From: an uncultured bacterium
GTDB lineage: Bacteria; Zixibacteria; MSB-5A5; GN15; FEB-12
DNA: 64,000 nt
NCBI GenBank assembly: GCA_965372795.1
Contig: CBDVDR010000009.1
Location: 58,599 to 122,598 of the forward strand
Direction: 5' to 3'
Both the position numbers and the translations under genes were made by a program. The notes under the pieces were generated by a model. The model ran no database searches, was not told where the DNA came from, and saw nothing but the letters and a program-made list of their open reading frames with translations. This document shows, piece after piece, positions 21,085 through 31,584 of the stretch; the stretch's first letter is position 1, and each line of letters begins with the position of its first letter.

Positions 21085-22289
21085 AAATTCTGGTTATCAA
21101 TTGCGGGTCTTCATCAGTCAAATACCAGCTAATAGATACTGTTAATGAATTATCCCTCGCCAAAGGAACAGTATCCCGAATAGGGATGTCGGCTTCGGTT
21201 CTCTCGCATAAACCGCATGATCGCGAAGAAGTAAAAGTTTCTGGCGAAATTTTGGATCATATTGTTGCTATTGAATATGTGATTTCGATTTTACTGTCAA
21301 AAAATCATGGTGTGATTGAAGATAAATCGGAAATCAATGCCATCGGTCACCGGGTTGTTCATGGCGGTGAAAAATTTACTGATTCTGTGTTGGTAACTCA
21401 GGATTTAATGTCTGAAATCCGCAATCTTATCGAACTGGCACCGCTGCACAACCCCCATAATATAAGAGGTATCAACGCCTGTATGAAAACTCTTCCGGGT
21501 GTTCCCCATGTTGCGGTTTTCGATACTGCTTTCCACCATAAGATGCCACCGCACGCTTATATTTATGGCATCCCTTATATTTTATATAAACGATATGGAA
21601 TCCGGCGTTATGGTTTTCACGGTACCTCACATAAATATGTAAGCGAACAAGCTTCTAAGATGCTTGGCAAACCACTCGAAGAATTAAAACTGATTACCTG
21701 TCATCTTGGAAATGGCGCTTCAATCACCGCTATTGATAAAGGCATATCGATTGATACGTCAATGGGATTCACTCCCCTTGAAGGATTGTTAATGGGCACT
21801 CGTTCAGGTGATTTGGATCCGGCAATTATTCTTCATATAATGGCTCGCGAAGAATTGTCTCTCCATGAAGCCAATACTCTTTTAAACAAACATTCAGGAC
21901 TGGCTGGAATTTCAGGTTTATCTTCGGATATGAGAGAAGTTGTCGAGGGTGCTAATGATAATAACGCCAATGCAAAACTTGCCCTTGAAATCTTTTGTTA
22001 TCGCTTGAAAAAATATATCGCCTCTTATATTGCGGCTATGAATGGTCTTGATGCATTGGTCTTCACAGCCGGGGTTGGTGAAAACTCGCCTGAAGTTCGT
22101 TCATTAACTTGTAATGAGATGGACTTTTTGGGAATATCGATTGATGATGCTAAGAATAATTCTGCAAAAGCGATTGAGGCTGATATAACTGCTGAAAACG
22201 CTCGGGTTCGCACTCTGGTAATTCCAACTAATGAAGAACTGGTAATTGCCCGTGACACCAAACGCATCGTAGAAGAATCAAATAAATAA
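21081..22289 (+). CDS. ackA: Acetate kinase
   Basis: INCGSSS, GHRVVHGG, APLHNP, RYGFHGTSH, IPTNEE. Confidence 0.96.
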   Translation: MKILVINCGSSSVKYQLIDTVNELSLAKGTVSRIGMSASVLSHKPHDREEVKVSGEILDHIVAIEYVISILLSKNHGVIEDKSEINAIGHRVVHGGEKFTDSVLVTQDLMSEIRNLIELAPLHNPHNIRGINACMKTLPGVPHVAVFDTAFHHKMPPHAYIYGIPYILYKRYGIRRYGFHGTSHKYVSEQASKMLGKPLEELKLITCHLGNGASITAIDKGISIDTSMGFTPLEGLLMGTRSGDLDPAIILHIMAREELSLHEANTLLNKHSGLAGISGLSSDMREVVEGANDNNANAKLALEIFCYRLKKYIASYIAAMNGLDALVFTAGVGENSPEVRSLTCNEMDFLGISIDDAKNNSAKAIEADITAENARVRTLVIPTNEELVIARDTKRIVEESNK

Positions 22290-22307
22290 GTATATCGAAT
22301 TATTATT

Positions 22308-22339
22308 AAGGCAGGTGAATTTATCACCTGCCTTTTTTT
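22308..22339 (+). terminator. Intrinsic terminator
   Basis: AAGGCAGGTGA attta TCACCTGCC followed by T7. Confidence 0.85.
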
Positions 22340-22364
22340 AATTCTTATTAAACGGCTTTTTAAA

Positions 22365-22610
22365 TTAAATTATCTTTTCAAGCATAATTGTCCCGATTGA
22401 AACAATAATACTTAAGTCTGAATAATATTTGTACTTGGCTCCCTTTTCAGTATAAGCTTTGCATATCCCATCGTATCCGATATACCAATGCTTTGGATTA
22501 TACCAAAGTAACGACTTACCAAAGTTTGTCATATGTTTTCGGGCAATAAACCTAAAGACCAAACCATTGCTTAGTAATAAAATTATAAGAGCTTGTATAA
22601 CTTTTTCCAT
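22365..22610 (-). CDS. 81-aa two-TM membrane protein, paralog 2 (putative immunity protein)
   Basis: GGAGG RBS before ATG 22610; 47/81 residues identical to 22855-23100 by manual ungapped alignment. Confidence 0.75.
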   Translation of the reverse strand: MEKVIQALIILLLSNGLVFRFIARKHMTNFGKSLLWYNPKHWYIGYDGICKAYTEKGAKYKYYSDLSIIVSIGTIMLEKII

Positions 22611-22676
22611 CGTTCCCTCCTGCAATTTAAACGACTTCGAAAAACCCTGAGTTGGTTATGTTTTTTAGATACTTAT

Positions 22677-22705
22677 AAAGTATGGAATTATTCAAAACCT
22701 GTCAA
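22677..22705 (-). promoter_or_regulatory. Sigma70 promoter for paralog 2
   Basis: TTGACA-17-TACTTT. Confidence 0.6.
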
Positions 22706-22771
22706 CAATAAATTTATACTATTGTCCATAATTGTCAGAAAAAATGCCAGTGTAGAATATATACTCTTTCT

Positions 22772-22805
22772 AATAAACAAGGCGGGTATAAAATACCCAC
22801 CTTGT
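22772..22805 (-). terminator. Intrinsic terminator after paralog 1
   Basis: Minus strand ACAAGGTGGGTA/TACCCGCCTTGT stem (one G-U pair) followed by TTATT. Confidence 0.6.
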
Positions 22806-22854
22806 CTTTGTTGCCAATATTTCATGCCGACACATCACCCCTCGGCAATCTTAT

Positions 22855-23100
22855 CTACACAACTTTCTCAAGCAGCATCAACCCTATCGCCATCAGAAAA
22901 AACAACTTTGAACGATACTTAAGTTTAGCACCTTCAGCAGTGTACATTTTACATACATCATTATAACCGGTATACCAGTTTTTTGGATTGTACCACTTAA
23001 GCGACTTTCCAAACTGAGTCAATTGCTTACCAGCTTTAAATCGAAAAAATAATGCCACACTTAAGGATACGATCAAAAGTGCTTGTATAATTTTTTCCAT
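22855..23100 (-). CDS. 81-aa two-TM membrane protein, paralog 1 (putative immunity protein)
   Basis: AGGAGG RBS; 13 nt downstream of the lipoprotein gene; shared FGKSLxWYNPKxWYxGY motif. Confidence 0.8.
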   Translation of the reverse strand: MEKIIQALLIVSLSVALFFRFKAGKQLTQFGKSLKWYNPKNWYTGYNDVCKMYTAEGAKLKYRSKLFFLMAIGLMLLEKVV

Positions 23101-23113
23101 TTTCCCTCCTGTG

Positions 23114-24052
23114 TTAATGATCCCACAGATCGAAAAGATCCATGATCTTGCAAGTTATTGCCCCAGCCGCACAAGGACCACATATCGGGTTAACCCCTTC
23201 CGGACATTTTACTGCTGTACAAATTTCCATTATTGTACAAAGCGTACTTGCCCAATCAGGTCTCTCGCCCAATTGCTGGGTTGTGTCGGCATAGCTATTA
23301 TAGAACCAATCGCCAAAATCCTGATTTACAATTAAATCAGTTACGATTTCACCATTGGTATTATTATGCAAAGTGTTATCAGATTCATAGAAATCATGAA
23401 AATCTACCAAAGTTGCCAATATTTGAGAATCTAACCCACTATACTCGGTTATATCAAAACTGCTCCTGTTACTCGATAGTAACTCCTGCAAAGCCCTGAT
23501 TGTGTCAGAATCGGTTGTATCAAATACAAAAGTATCAACCGATCCATTAATATTGTAAATTTCAGTGCGGGTTGTTGAGGATATTATTCTCTGAATATCC
23601 ATTGAATCAGAGGTTGTTTTCTCATTCAGCCATAAAATTTCAGAATTACTGGTATCGACCGACACATCATACTCCCAAAGAAGATTTCCGCTTGTATCTT
23701 TCAATGTTGTTGTATGTCCGAAAATGTTTGCGTTCTCATAATAATCGGTAATAAATCGATACTCGGTAGTATCATTCGAGTCGTAAACAGCCATGTAATA
23801 AGTTACTTTGGCATTCGTCGTATCAATTATTACTGAGACTATCGTTACTGAAAAGTCAGTTATTGAAAATGTATAAGGCAGCGGACTCGGCGGGTCTGGC
23901 AAACCTGGAAATGTATCTATTGGACCAAGAGCTATCCCCGTCCCCAAATTACTATCAACAACTTTCTTATCTAATGAATCACAACCGATTAGATAAACAT
24001 AAACGGTAACCATTAATAAACTAACTATTATGAAAAGCATTCTTTTTTTCAT
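23114..24052 (-). CDS. Lipoprotein with acidic body and Cys-rich C-terminal domain (likely start 24052)
   Basis: MKKRMLFIIVSLLMVTVYVYLIGC lipobox; C-terminus CTIMEICTAVKCPEGVNPICGPCAAGAITC (6 Cys). Confidence 0.75.
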   Translation of the reverse strand: MKKRMLFIIVSLLMVTVYVYLIGCDSLDKKVVDSNLGTGIALGPIDTFPGLPDPPSPLPYTFSITDFSVTIVSVIIDTTNAKVTYYMAVYDSNDTTEYRFITDYYENANIFGHTTTLKDTSGNLLWEYDVSVDTSNSEILWLNEKTTSDSMDIQRIISSTTRTEIYNINGSVDTFVFDTTDSDTIRALQELLSSNRSSFDITEYSGLDSQILATLVDFHDFYESDNTLHNNTNGEIVTDLIVNQDFGDWFYNSYADTTQQLGERPDWASTLCTIMEICTAVKCPEGVNPICGPCAAGAITCKIMDLFDLWDH

Positions 24053-24281
24053 AATGATTTCCTTTCTCAATTGATTTTTTAAAATTGTTTTTTTTGCGTA
24101 AAATCGATTGAGAATTACTACGTATAACTCATCCCGTACCTCCTTCTCATAAATATTATTTCCCCGAGACATCCCTGGTGATGTTGACGTAATTAATATT
24201 GTTACTTTTAGAGTAGTGCCCTTTGCGTTTTTCTAAAAAATGCTAATAACTCTAAAAATGCGTGTTAACCCTAGTGTTCTT

Positions 24282-24310
24282 ATTTTATATAATCATCTTA
24301 TTTCTGTCAA
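24282..24310 (-). promoter_or_regulatory. Sigma70 promoter for the Cys-rich lipoprotein
   Basis: TTGACA-17-TAAAAT. Confidence 0.65.
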
Positions 24311-24445
24311 CCAAAAAAACAAACAATGCGATTATTTTTTTTGTTAAATTATCCTTGACTAATCTTGTCAGCAATAAATATTGCATTAATTAAAATAGGC
24401 CGACCTGTTCAGACCCACATATATTCATATATAATTTTCTCCTCT

Positions 24446-24904
24446 TTACGTAAAAGCTATCATTTTGGGGTGCACTAATCGCTCAAAATCATCGTAAGAA
24501 ATCCTAACCAGCTCAGTATGTGCTCCGGCATTAAAGGCAATCTCTTCATCATCTGCCAACCGGCGAGCAACCAGTACTTTCAACCCATACAGGTTGCCAA
24601 AAGGAGGCATGGCACCGGGGGCGCATCCCGGAAATACATTCTTAAATTCATCTTCAGTTGCAAGTTCAACCGAATCAGCACCAAGTTCCTTTTTTAAACT
24701 AGCTAATTTCACTCGATGAGATGATGGTAAAACTGTCATAGTTAATATCCCGTTGATTTTAACCATTACAATTTTAGCCAGTTCTTTCGCCGGAACATGA
24801 GCTGAGGCTGCAATTTCATGGGCTGTATATGCCGGAGAATGGTTGATTGTTACATATTTGACATGGTTGTCATCCAGGAAGTCCTTCAATTTTTTGGTAG
24901 GCAT
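24446..24904 (-). CDS. YbaK/EbsC family aminoacyl-tRNA deacylase
   Basis: ELAKIVMV, CAPGAMPPFG, FNAGAHTE. Confidence 0.9.
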   Translation of the reverse strand: MPTKKLKDFLDDNHVKYVTINHSPAYTAHEIAASAHVPAKELAKIVMVKINGILTMTVLPSSHRVKLASLKKELGADSVELATEDEFKNVFPGCAPGAMPPFGNLYGLKVLVARRLADDEEIAFNAGAHTELVRISYDDFERLVHPKMIAFT

Positions 24905-25034
24905 AGGAACCTCCTTAAAATAGATTATTCATAAATCTAATTTTAGTTTCATATATGATACGTTCCATTTTACTGTTTAGAGGGGTTTAAGTGGATATAA
25001 ATTTACCGAACAATCTTGGTAGACTAAAATTTAT

Positions 25035-25067
25035 AAAAAAAGGCAAGCCTTCGAAAAGACCTGCCTT
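25035..25067 (-). terminator. Intrinsic terminator after icd
   Basis: AAGGCA...TGCCTT imperfect stem with a T tail on the minus strand. Confidence 0.6.
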
Positions 25068-25120
25068 ACTGTAGCAGCAAAAATTTAAGTAGCCGGGCTA
25101 CTTACTTCCAAGTAATCTCG

Positions 25121-26368
25121 TTACTTCATATTCTTGATGATATAAGAAGCAAAATCGGCTGTACCAACTTTTCTTGCGCCTTTCATCTGACGTTCGAGAT
25201 CATAAGTAACCGTCTTTTTATCTATCGTCTTCTGGATCGCCTTAGTGATCAATTCACCGGCTTTATTCCAGCCCATGTAGTCAAGCATCATCACAGCTGA
25301 AAGGATGACAGAACCCGGATTGATAACATCTTTATCAGCATATTTCGGAGCCGTTCCATGAGTCGCTTCGAATAAACCGATATAATCACCAATGTTAGCT
25401 CCCGGAGCCATACCCAAACCTCCAACCTGAGCCGCACAAGCATCAGACAGATAATCACCATTCAAGTTTGGACAAGCCAGAATATCATATTCATCCGGAC
25501 GGGTCAAAACCTGCTGGAAAATAGAATCAGCAATACGATCTTTAATAAGGATTTTGCCCTTTGGCATTTTCCCTTTGAATTTCGACCAGAGTTCATCCTC
25601 GGTTACGATTTTGCTTCTGAATTCTTTGATAGCAAGTTCATAACCCCAGTCACGGAAAGCACCTTCGGTAAATTTCATAATATTACCTTTGTGTACCAGT
25701 GTTACTGATGGGATTTTTTTAGCAATAGCGTATTGAATCGCTTTACGAACCAATCGTTTTGTTCCACTAACAGAAATCGGTTTGATTCCTATTCCGGAGT
25801 CAGAACGAATATTTGTTTTCATATTCTTGTTAAGCCAGTTGATGACTTTCTTAACATCTTTGGAACCTTTTTTCCATTCAATACCGGCATAGACATCTTC
25901 GGTGTTTTCACGGAAAATAACGACATTCATTTTTTCCGGATGAACGACCGGAGAACCAACGCCCTTAAAATAACTGACCGGGCGCACACAGGCGTAAAGG
26001 TTCATAATCTGTCGCAATGAAACATTCAATGAACGGAAACCGCCGCCGATTGGAGTAGTCAATGGTCCTTTAATGGCAACCAGATGTTTTTTTATAGCAG
26101 TGATAGTTTCATCGGGAAGCCATTCACCATACAGATCATTGGCTTTTTCACCGGCATAAATTTCCATCCAGACAATCTTCTTTTTCCCTTTGAAAGCTTT
26201 TTCAACAGCAGCATCTACTACTCGTTTGGAAGCTTTCATAATATCGCGGCCGATTCCATCACCTTCGATGAACGGAATAATCGGATCGTTCGGAATAGAA
26301 AGTTTTTTGTTCTTTACTTTAATACCTGTTCCGTTAGTCGGCTCAACAATATGTTTGTACTTTGCCAA
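25121..26368 (-). CDS. icd: NADP-dependent isocitrate dehydrogenase
   Basis: [51 protein letters not shown]. Confidence 0.97.
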   Translation of the reverse strand: MAKYKHIVEPTNGTGIKVKNKKLSIPNDPIIPFIEGDGIGRDIMKASKRVVDAAVEKAFKGKKKIVWMEIYAGEKANDLYGEWLPDETITAIKKHLVAIKGPLTTPIGGGFRSLNVSLRQIMNLYACVRPVSYFKGVGSPVVHPEKMNVVIFRENTEDVYAGIEWKKGSKDVKKVINWLNKNMKTNIRSDSGIGIKPISVSGTKRLVRKAIQYAIAKKIPSVTLVHKGNIMKFTEGAFRDWGYELAIKEFRSKIVTEDELWSKFKGKMPKGKILIKDRIADSIFQQVLTRPDEYDILACPNLNGDYLSDACAAQVGGLGMAPGANIGDYIGLFEATHGTAPKYADKDVINPGSVILSAVMMLDYMGWNKAGELITKAIQKTIDKKTVTYDLERQMKGARKVGTADFASYIIKNMK

Positions 26369-26379
26369 TTTCTTTCTCC

Positions 26380-27309
26380 TTATTTGTAGCCGAGTTCTTT
26401 AAGATGCTTTTTATACGTCTTAGCCGAACCCTTTAATGCGGTTAATTCACTTTTACCAAGTTTTAATTGGATGATTTTTTCGACACCCTTAGCACCCAAA
26501 ATAACAGGTACGCCAATATAGATGTCTTTGATTCCGTACTGACCAGTCAAAAATGCAGATGCCGGCAACAGTTTTTTCTCATCATTAAAAATCGCTTTAC
26601 ACATATTAACAGAAGCAGCAGCCGGAGCATAATATGCTGAACCGGTACCAAGCAGTTTAACAATTTCACCACCGCCAAAACGGGTACGATCAACAAGTTC
26701 TTTGATTCTTTTTTTATCGATCAATTCTGTGATCGGAATACCTGAAACAGTAGTGTATCTTTCCAGCGGTACCATAGTATCACCATGTCCACCGAGAACC
26801 ATTGCTGAGATATCAGTCATAGCAACATTCAGTTCCATTGCGATAAAGGCTCTGAATCTGATTGAATCAAGAACTCCGGCTTGACCGATAACACGGTTTT
26901 TAGGGAATCCGGTGGCTCTTTGCATATGGAAAGTCATCAGATCAAGAGGATTTGAAACGACAATGACAAAACTCTTCGGGGCATATTTTTTGATCTCTTT
27001 ACCGCATGATTTTACAATAGCAGCATTTTTAGCTAAAAGATCTTCACGTGTCATTCCTGGTTTACGAGCCAATCCGGCAGTCATAATTACAATATCAGCA
27101 CCTTTTAAATCAGAAAATTTGTTAGTGCCTTTAACCATCGCATTATACCCGCGAACCGGACCAGCCTGGGTTAAATCAAGAGCTTTACCTTGAGGAACGC
27201 CTTTGATAATATCAATCAAAATGATATCGGCAAAATTTTCTTCAGCAAGGTATTGAGCACAAGATGCGCCAACATGTCCTGCACCGATAACGGCGATTTT
27301 CTTATTCAT
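26380..27309 (-). CDS. mdh: Malate dehydrogenase (LDH-like)
   Basis: [26 protein letters not shown]. Confidence 0.95.
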   Translation of the reverse strand: MNKKIAVIGAGHVGASCAQYLAEENFADIILIDIIKGVPQGKALDLTQAGPVRGYNAMVKGTNKFSDLKGADIVIMTAGLARKPGMTREDLLAKNAAIVKSCGKEIKKYAPKSFVIVVSNPLDLMTFHMQRATGFPKNRVIGQAGVLDSIRFRAFIAMELNVAMTDISAMVLGGHGDTMVPLERYTTVSGIPITELIDKKRIKELVDRTRFGGGEIVKLLGTGSAYYAPAAASVNMCKAIFNDEKKLLPASAFLTGQYGIKDIYIGVPVILGAKGVEKIIQLKLGKSELTALKGSAKTYKKHLKELGYK

Positions 27310-27330
27310 ACTTCCTCCGAAAAATTTAAT

Positions 27331-28563
27331 TTAAGTGTTTTTATATTTTATAACCATATTTCCAGAATCATGCACAATGCAAAGACTAATAGAATCCTCT
27401 TTTAAAAGTCTTCCTTTAATAAATGTTTCTAAATCATGTACCGGCTCATAAAAAACATGCCGGGTAAATTCATCCTTGAGTTTTGAAAAAATCCCGACAA
27501 AAAAGCGTTTCGACATCCCATTCACCCGTGACAATTTATGTGAACCAAATTTGCATTGTCCGTCTTTGGCTCTGTTTTTTTCTTTATCCCACTCATTGGC
27601 AAGGTTATAAAACTTATCTGAACCGATACCATCATCACAAGCTGTTACTAAGATCACAGCACCATCATCCTTTACCGACATCTGTACATTCTCCAACCCC
27701 TTTTGTGCCTGATACAAACTATGATCAAGTGGCGGGTGCATCACGCTAAGAATCAAATCGTATTTGATTTCGGTTTCTTCTAAATATAATTCTTCCGCAC
27801 TTTTAATACCTTCTTGAAATGTTTTTTGAACATCTCCGCAAAATACCGAAGCTATATTCTTTTTTGAATCAAATACAATCTGAATACTTAAAATTTTTGA
27901 ATCATCGAACAGGCTAAACAATTCGTCCAGATGCTCAGCCATCGGGTTACCCTTGATACGGCAAGGCTGCGCCTCAAGTGAATTCGCCAGATTATGATTG
28001 CGTTCAATAGTTGCAAAATCTGTCAAGCCCGGGAAAAATGATTTCCTCCCGCCTGAAAAACCGGCAAAATAATGAGGTTCAACCGAATTTATTACAATTG
28101 CACGATCATGTTTGAACAGTTCTTTATCGAGATAAACCGGCTGCTCAAATTTATCGGTGCCGATCTCTCTCATTGTAGATAAATCAAAGGCATCATGAAC
28201 AACAATGCGGTCTTTCACAATTTTAAGAAACTTACCGAATATCTTTTCAAGCTGTTTTTGATTGGGTTTATCATGAGTTCCGGCAGCGATAAGAAAAGTT
28301 GCCCGGGTTAATACTGTACTGTTCAGCTTATCAAGCCATTCTAATATTGTTGGCGATGGGGTGTTTCGGTGAGCATCATTTAAAATTATAAGGGGTGAAT
28401 CACCTTGAAGAAACTCATCCCCGTTAGCTCGACTTAAAAGGTCGGTAAAGTCCTCAAATGAAAGCGGGCAGGTAGCTGCCTTTGGTCGATATTGATCAAC
28501 CTGTACATTCTCAGGAATAGTAATCGCTATTCTTGAGTTGTCATAGTCCAGCTCTACTTCCAT
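27331..28563 (-). CDS. LarA-family (nickel-pincer) alpha-hydroxyacid racemase
   Basis: DAHRNTP, AAGTH, VEPHYFAGFSGGRKS, YQAQKG motifs. Confidence 0.85.
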   Translation of the reverse strand: MEVELDYDNSRIAITIPENVQVDQYRPKAATCPLSFEDFTDLLSRANGDEFLQGDSPLIILNDAHRNTPSPTILEWLDKLNSTVLTRATFLIAAGTHDKPNQKQLEKIFGKFLKIVKDRIVVHDAFDLSTMREIGTDKFEQPVYLDKELFKHDRAIVINSVEPHYFAGFSGGRKSFFPGLTDFATIERNHNLANSLEAQPCRIKGNPMAEHLDELFSLFDDSKILSIQIVFDSKKNIASVFCGDVQKTFQEGIKSAEELYLEETEIKYDLILSVMHPPLDHSLYQAQKGLENVQMSVKDDGAVILVTACDDGIGSDKFYNLANEWDKEKNRAKDGQCKFGSHKLSRVNGMSKRFFVGIFSKLKDEFTRHVFYEPVHDLETFIKGRLLKEDSISLCIVHDSGNMVIKYKNT

Positions 28564-28596
28564 TTATAGTTCTACACTACTTTCTTAGGTACTAAT

Positions 28597-28998
28597 CTAC
28601 TGTCCGAAATGAAACGCGGCTTCAATCGCTGCATTTTCATCCGAATCAGATCCATGTACCGAATTTTTTTCAATATCCAATCCGATTTCAAATCGGATCG
28701 TTCCACATGCTGCATTTTTGGGATCGGTTGCACCGATAAGAGTCCGCAAATCTTCGACAGCATTTTCTTTCTCAAGTTCCATAGCGACAATCGGTCCGGA
28801 AATCATAAAAGCCACCAGATCATTCAAAAATGGTTTGCCTTCATGTACTTTATAAAATTCCCGGGCTTTTTCTTCAGTGAGTCTTGTTAATTTGATATTA
28901 ACAATCACAAAACGTGATTTTTCTAGGCGTGATATCACATGACCGATCAAATTACGTTCAGTCGCATCCGGTTTAATCATTACAAGAGTTCTGCTCAA
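28597..28998 (-). CDS. ndk: Nucleoside diphosphate kinase
   Basis: IKPDA, HEGKPF, GTIR, NSVHGSD. Confidence 0.96.
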   Translation of the reverse strand: MSRTLVMIKPDATERNLIGHVISRLEKSRFVIVNIKLTRLTEEKAREFYKVHEGKPFLNDLVAFMISGPIVAMELEKENAVEDLRTLIGATDPKNAACGTIRFEIGLDIEKNSVHGSDSDENAAIEAAFHFGQ

Positions 28999-29011
28999 AA
29001 TTATCTCCGTA

Positions 29012-29593
29012 TTATTTTGATTCTTTCATTTTCGTTGCTTCGTCAAACCCGATTTGCAAAGCTTTTCTGTTTTTATCTTCGGTCCCTTGAGGAGCTCTTG
29101 CCAATACTGCTTCGGTAAGATGCTCAAGAGTCACAATATCAGTCAGAGCAGCGATGGCACCTAACGCAATTACATTGGCTACCATGATGTGGCCAACTTC
29201 TTGACGAGCAAGGCGGGTAAAATCCATACCGAAATAATTATCAGTTGGAAACTCAGTACAGAGACTGGTGTCAATTATAAGAATTCCACCCTCTTTGAGA
29301 TCGCCATAGTATTTATCAAGTGATTCCTGAGTCATCGCCAGAAGCAGGTCAAGTTTCATAGCTTTGGGATAGAATATTTCACTGTCAGAAACAACCAAAT
29401 CAGCTTTGGATGCTCCCCCACGTGCTTCCGGACCGTAAGATTGAGATTGAACAACTTTTTTACCTTCGTTCAATCCAACCGCTTCACCGAGGACAACCGC
29501 ACCAAAAATCATCCCTTGTCCGCCAGAACCGGATAAACGCACTTCAAATCGGTCCTGAGGAATTTCTATTTTATCTAAAAATTTTGCAGCCAT
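29012..29593 (-). CDS. korC: 2-oxoacid:ferredoxin oxidoreductase gamma subunit
   Basis: SGSGGQG, QSYGPEARGG; likely start 29593. Confidence 0.9.
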   Translation of the reverse strand: MAAKFLDKIEIPQDRFEVRLSGSGGQGMIFGAVVLGEAVGLNEGKKVVQSQSYGPEARGGASKADLVVSDSEIFYPKAMKLDLLLAMTQESLDKYYGDLKEGGILIIDTSLCTEFPTDNYFGMDFTRLARQEVGHIMVANVIALGAIAALTDIVTLEHLTEAVLARAPQGTEDKNRKALQIGFDEATKMKESK

Positions 29594-29600
29594 TATTACC

Positions 29601-30440
29601 TCATTTAACCAGATGGGAATCAACTACATGTTGATACTCATCACAGAATTCTGTATTATCATCTTCATGAACAACACCAAGAATATGCTTACCGACCAGC
29701 TCTTCCTTAGTCATTTTATCAGCTTTTGCTTTCATTACTGAATCATCTTTAAATTGATTCAGCATTGCCACGGCGTCACCTTTACGATTCAAACGACCAT
29801 AATAGGTATGACAATTTGAGATTGCTTCTAAAAGAGAAAAACCGCGATGTTCCAAAGCCTTGCTGATCATTTTTTCCAAATGGATTGCATGATAAACAGT
29901 GCCTCGAGCAACAAAAGAAGCTCCGGCTCCGGTTGCTAAACCGCAGGGATCAAAATTCTTTTCAACATTTCCATAAGGTGAAGTTGTTGCAATTGACTTC
30001 GGAGGAGTTGTCGGAGAACACTGACCGCCGGTCATTCCATAAATATTATTGTTAATCAATATTGTTGTGATATCAATATTTCTCCGGCATGCATGAATAA
30101 AGTGATTGCCGCCGATTGCTAAGGCATCACCGTCACCGGTAATCACGATAACTTTCATATGCGGCTGAGCAAATTTAACGCCGGTTGCAAAGGGCAATGC
30201 CCGACCATGAGTTGTATGAAGCGTATGAAAATCCATATAAATCGGAAGTCTGCTGGAACAACCGATTCCGGAAATCATCGCAATATTGTCTTTGTCATAT
30301 CCGAGTTTATCAATTGCTCGAACCAAAGCACCCATCACAATTCCGTTACCGCATCCGGGACACCAGACACTCGGGAATTTTTTCTTGGGACGGAGGTAGT
30401 TCATGAAAACATCAGATTTTTGTTTTACAACAGTAGCCAT
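29601..30440 (-). CDS. korB: 2-oxoacid:ferredoxin oxidoreductase beta subunit
   Basis: WCPGCG, GIGCS, GDGD...NN.IYGMTGGQ. Confidence 0.93.
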   Translation of the reverse strand: MATVVKQKSDVFMNYLRPKKKFPSVWCPGCGNGIVMGALVRAIDKLGYDKDNIAMISGIGCSSRLPIYMDFHTLHTTHGRALPFATGVKFAQPHMKVIVITGDGDALAIGGNHFIHACRRNIDITTILINNNIYGMTGGQCSPTTPPKSIATTSPYGNVEKNFDPCGLATGAGASFVARGTVYHAIHLEKMISKALEHRGFSLLEAISNCHTYYGRLNRKGDAVAMLNQFKDDSVMKAKADKMTKEELVGKHILGVVHEDDNTEFCDEYQHVVDSHLVK

Positions 30441-31573
30441 TACAGCACCTCCTCAAGTTTTTCTAACAATTGCATTGGTGTCATAATCTCACCGTCGTAA
30501 CGCTGTAACGAATGCACTTCTTTATCTTTAAGGACCCGTTCAACCTCTAGAACAATTTGCCCCATGTTTAATTCACCGACGATTATTTTTTTCGCCTTGG
30601 AACAAAGGTCTTTTAGCTGTTCTTCCGGGAAAGGCCAGATAGTATAAAGTTGAATCACACCAACTTTGACACCGGCTTTACGCGCTATTGAAGCGGCTTG
30701 TAAAGCGGCTCTTGCAACTGAACCATAAGCTACAAAAATGACTTCCGCATCATCAATCATCTCGGTCCGAAGCTTGAAGATTTCATCTTTATAGTTTTCA
30801 ATTTTATTTCTGAGTTTATCCAATTTCGGGAAAATTTCTTCAGGATTATTGGTCGAGAAACCCATAGGATCATGAGTTAAACCGGTAACATGAAAACGAT
30901 ATCCTTTTCCATAGCCTGCCATCGGAGAAACCAGATTCTCTGTGAATTCATATGGCTTAAAATTTTCCGGACCTACTGTTGGAGTAACTCTATTAATTAT
31001 TTCAATTTCGCCCGGCTCAGGCATAGTTACGATCTCACGCATATGCCCGATCACCTCATCAAGGAGGATCGTAACCGGAGTATGAAATCTTTCTGCAAGC
31101 GAAAAGGCTCGGATAGTTTCTGTTAAAGATTCTTCAACCGTTGATGGAGCAACAGCAATTGAAGTAAAATCGCCATGAGTTCCCCATCTGGCCTGCATCG
31201 TATCAGACTGACTCACTTTGGTTGGTAGTCCGGTTGAAGGACCACCGCGCTGAACATTTACTATGACACATGGAGTCTCGGTCATATAAGCATAACCAAT
31301 ATTTTCAAGCATCAATGAATAACCGGGACCTGAAGTTGCCGTCATCGTTTTTCTACCGGAAACCGAAGCTCCGATAATCGCAGCAATTGATCCTATTTCA
31401 TCTTCCATTTGTATGAAACGACCACCTAATTTAGGCAGTTCGCGAGCACAACCTTCAGCGATTTCTGTCGAAGGTGTAATCGGATACCCGGCATAGAATG
31501 TCATTCCCGAATAAATGGCGCCTTCCACACAAGCTGCATTACCTTGAAGTAATTTCTTTTTTCTTTCTGCCAT
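30440..31573 (-). CDS. korA: 2-oxoacid:ferredoxin oxidoreductase alpha subunit
   Basis: YPITPSTE, QMEDEI, TSGPG, QRGGPSTGLPT; likely start 31573. Confidence 0.93.
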   Translation of the reverse strand: MAERKKKLLQGNAACVEGAIYSGMTFYAGYPITPSTEIAEGCARELPKLGGRFIQMEDEIGSIAAIIGASVSGRKTMTATSGPGYSLMLENIGYAYMTETPCVIVNVQRGGPSTGLPTKVSQSDTMQARWGTHGDFTSIAVAPSTVEESLTETIRAFSLAERFHTPVTILLDEVIGHMREIVTMPEPGEIEIINRVTPTVGPENFKPYEFTENLVSPMAGYGKGYRFHVTGLTHDPMGFSTNNPEEIFPKLDKLRNKIENYKDEIFKLRTEMIDDAEVIFVAYGSVARAALQAASIARKAGVKVGVIQLYTIWPFPEEQLKDLCSKAKKIIVGELNMGQIVLEVERVLKDKEVHSLQRYDGEIMTPMQLLEKLEEVL

Positions 31574-31584
31574 TGCCGCGTTCC

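Noticed and set aside
24053..24172. 40-aa N-terminal extension of the lipoprotein ORF
   Set aside because: Signal peptide, lipobox and RBS point to the start at 24052
24205..24240. TTTTAGAG... resembling the start of a type II CRISPR repeat
   Set aside because: Single copy, no spacers, no cas genes; explained as a hairpin arm
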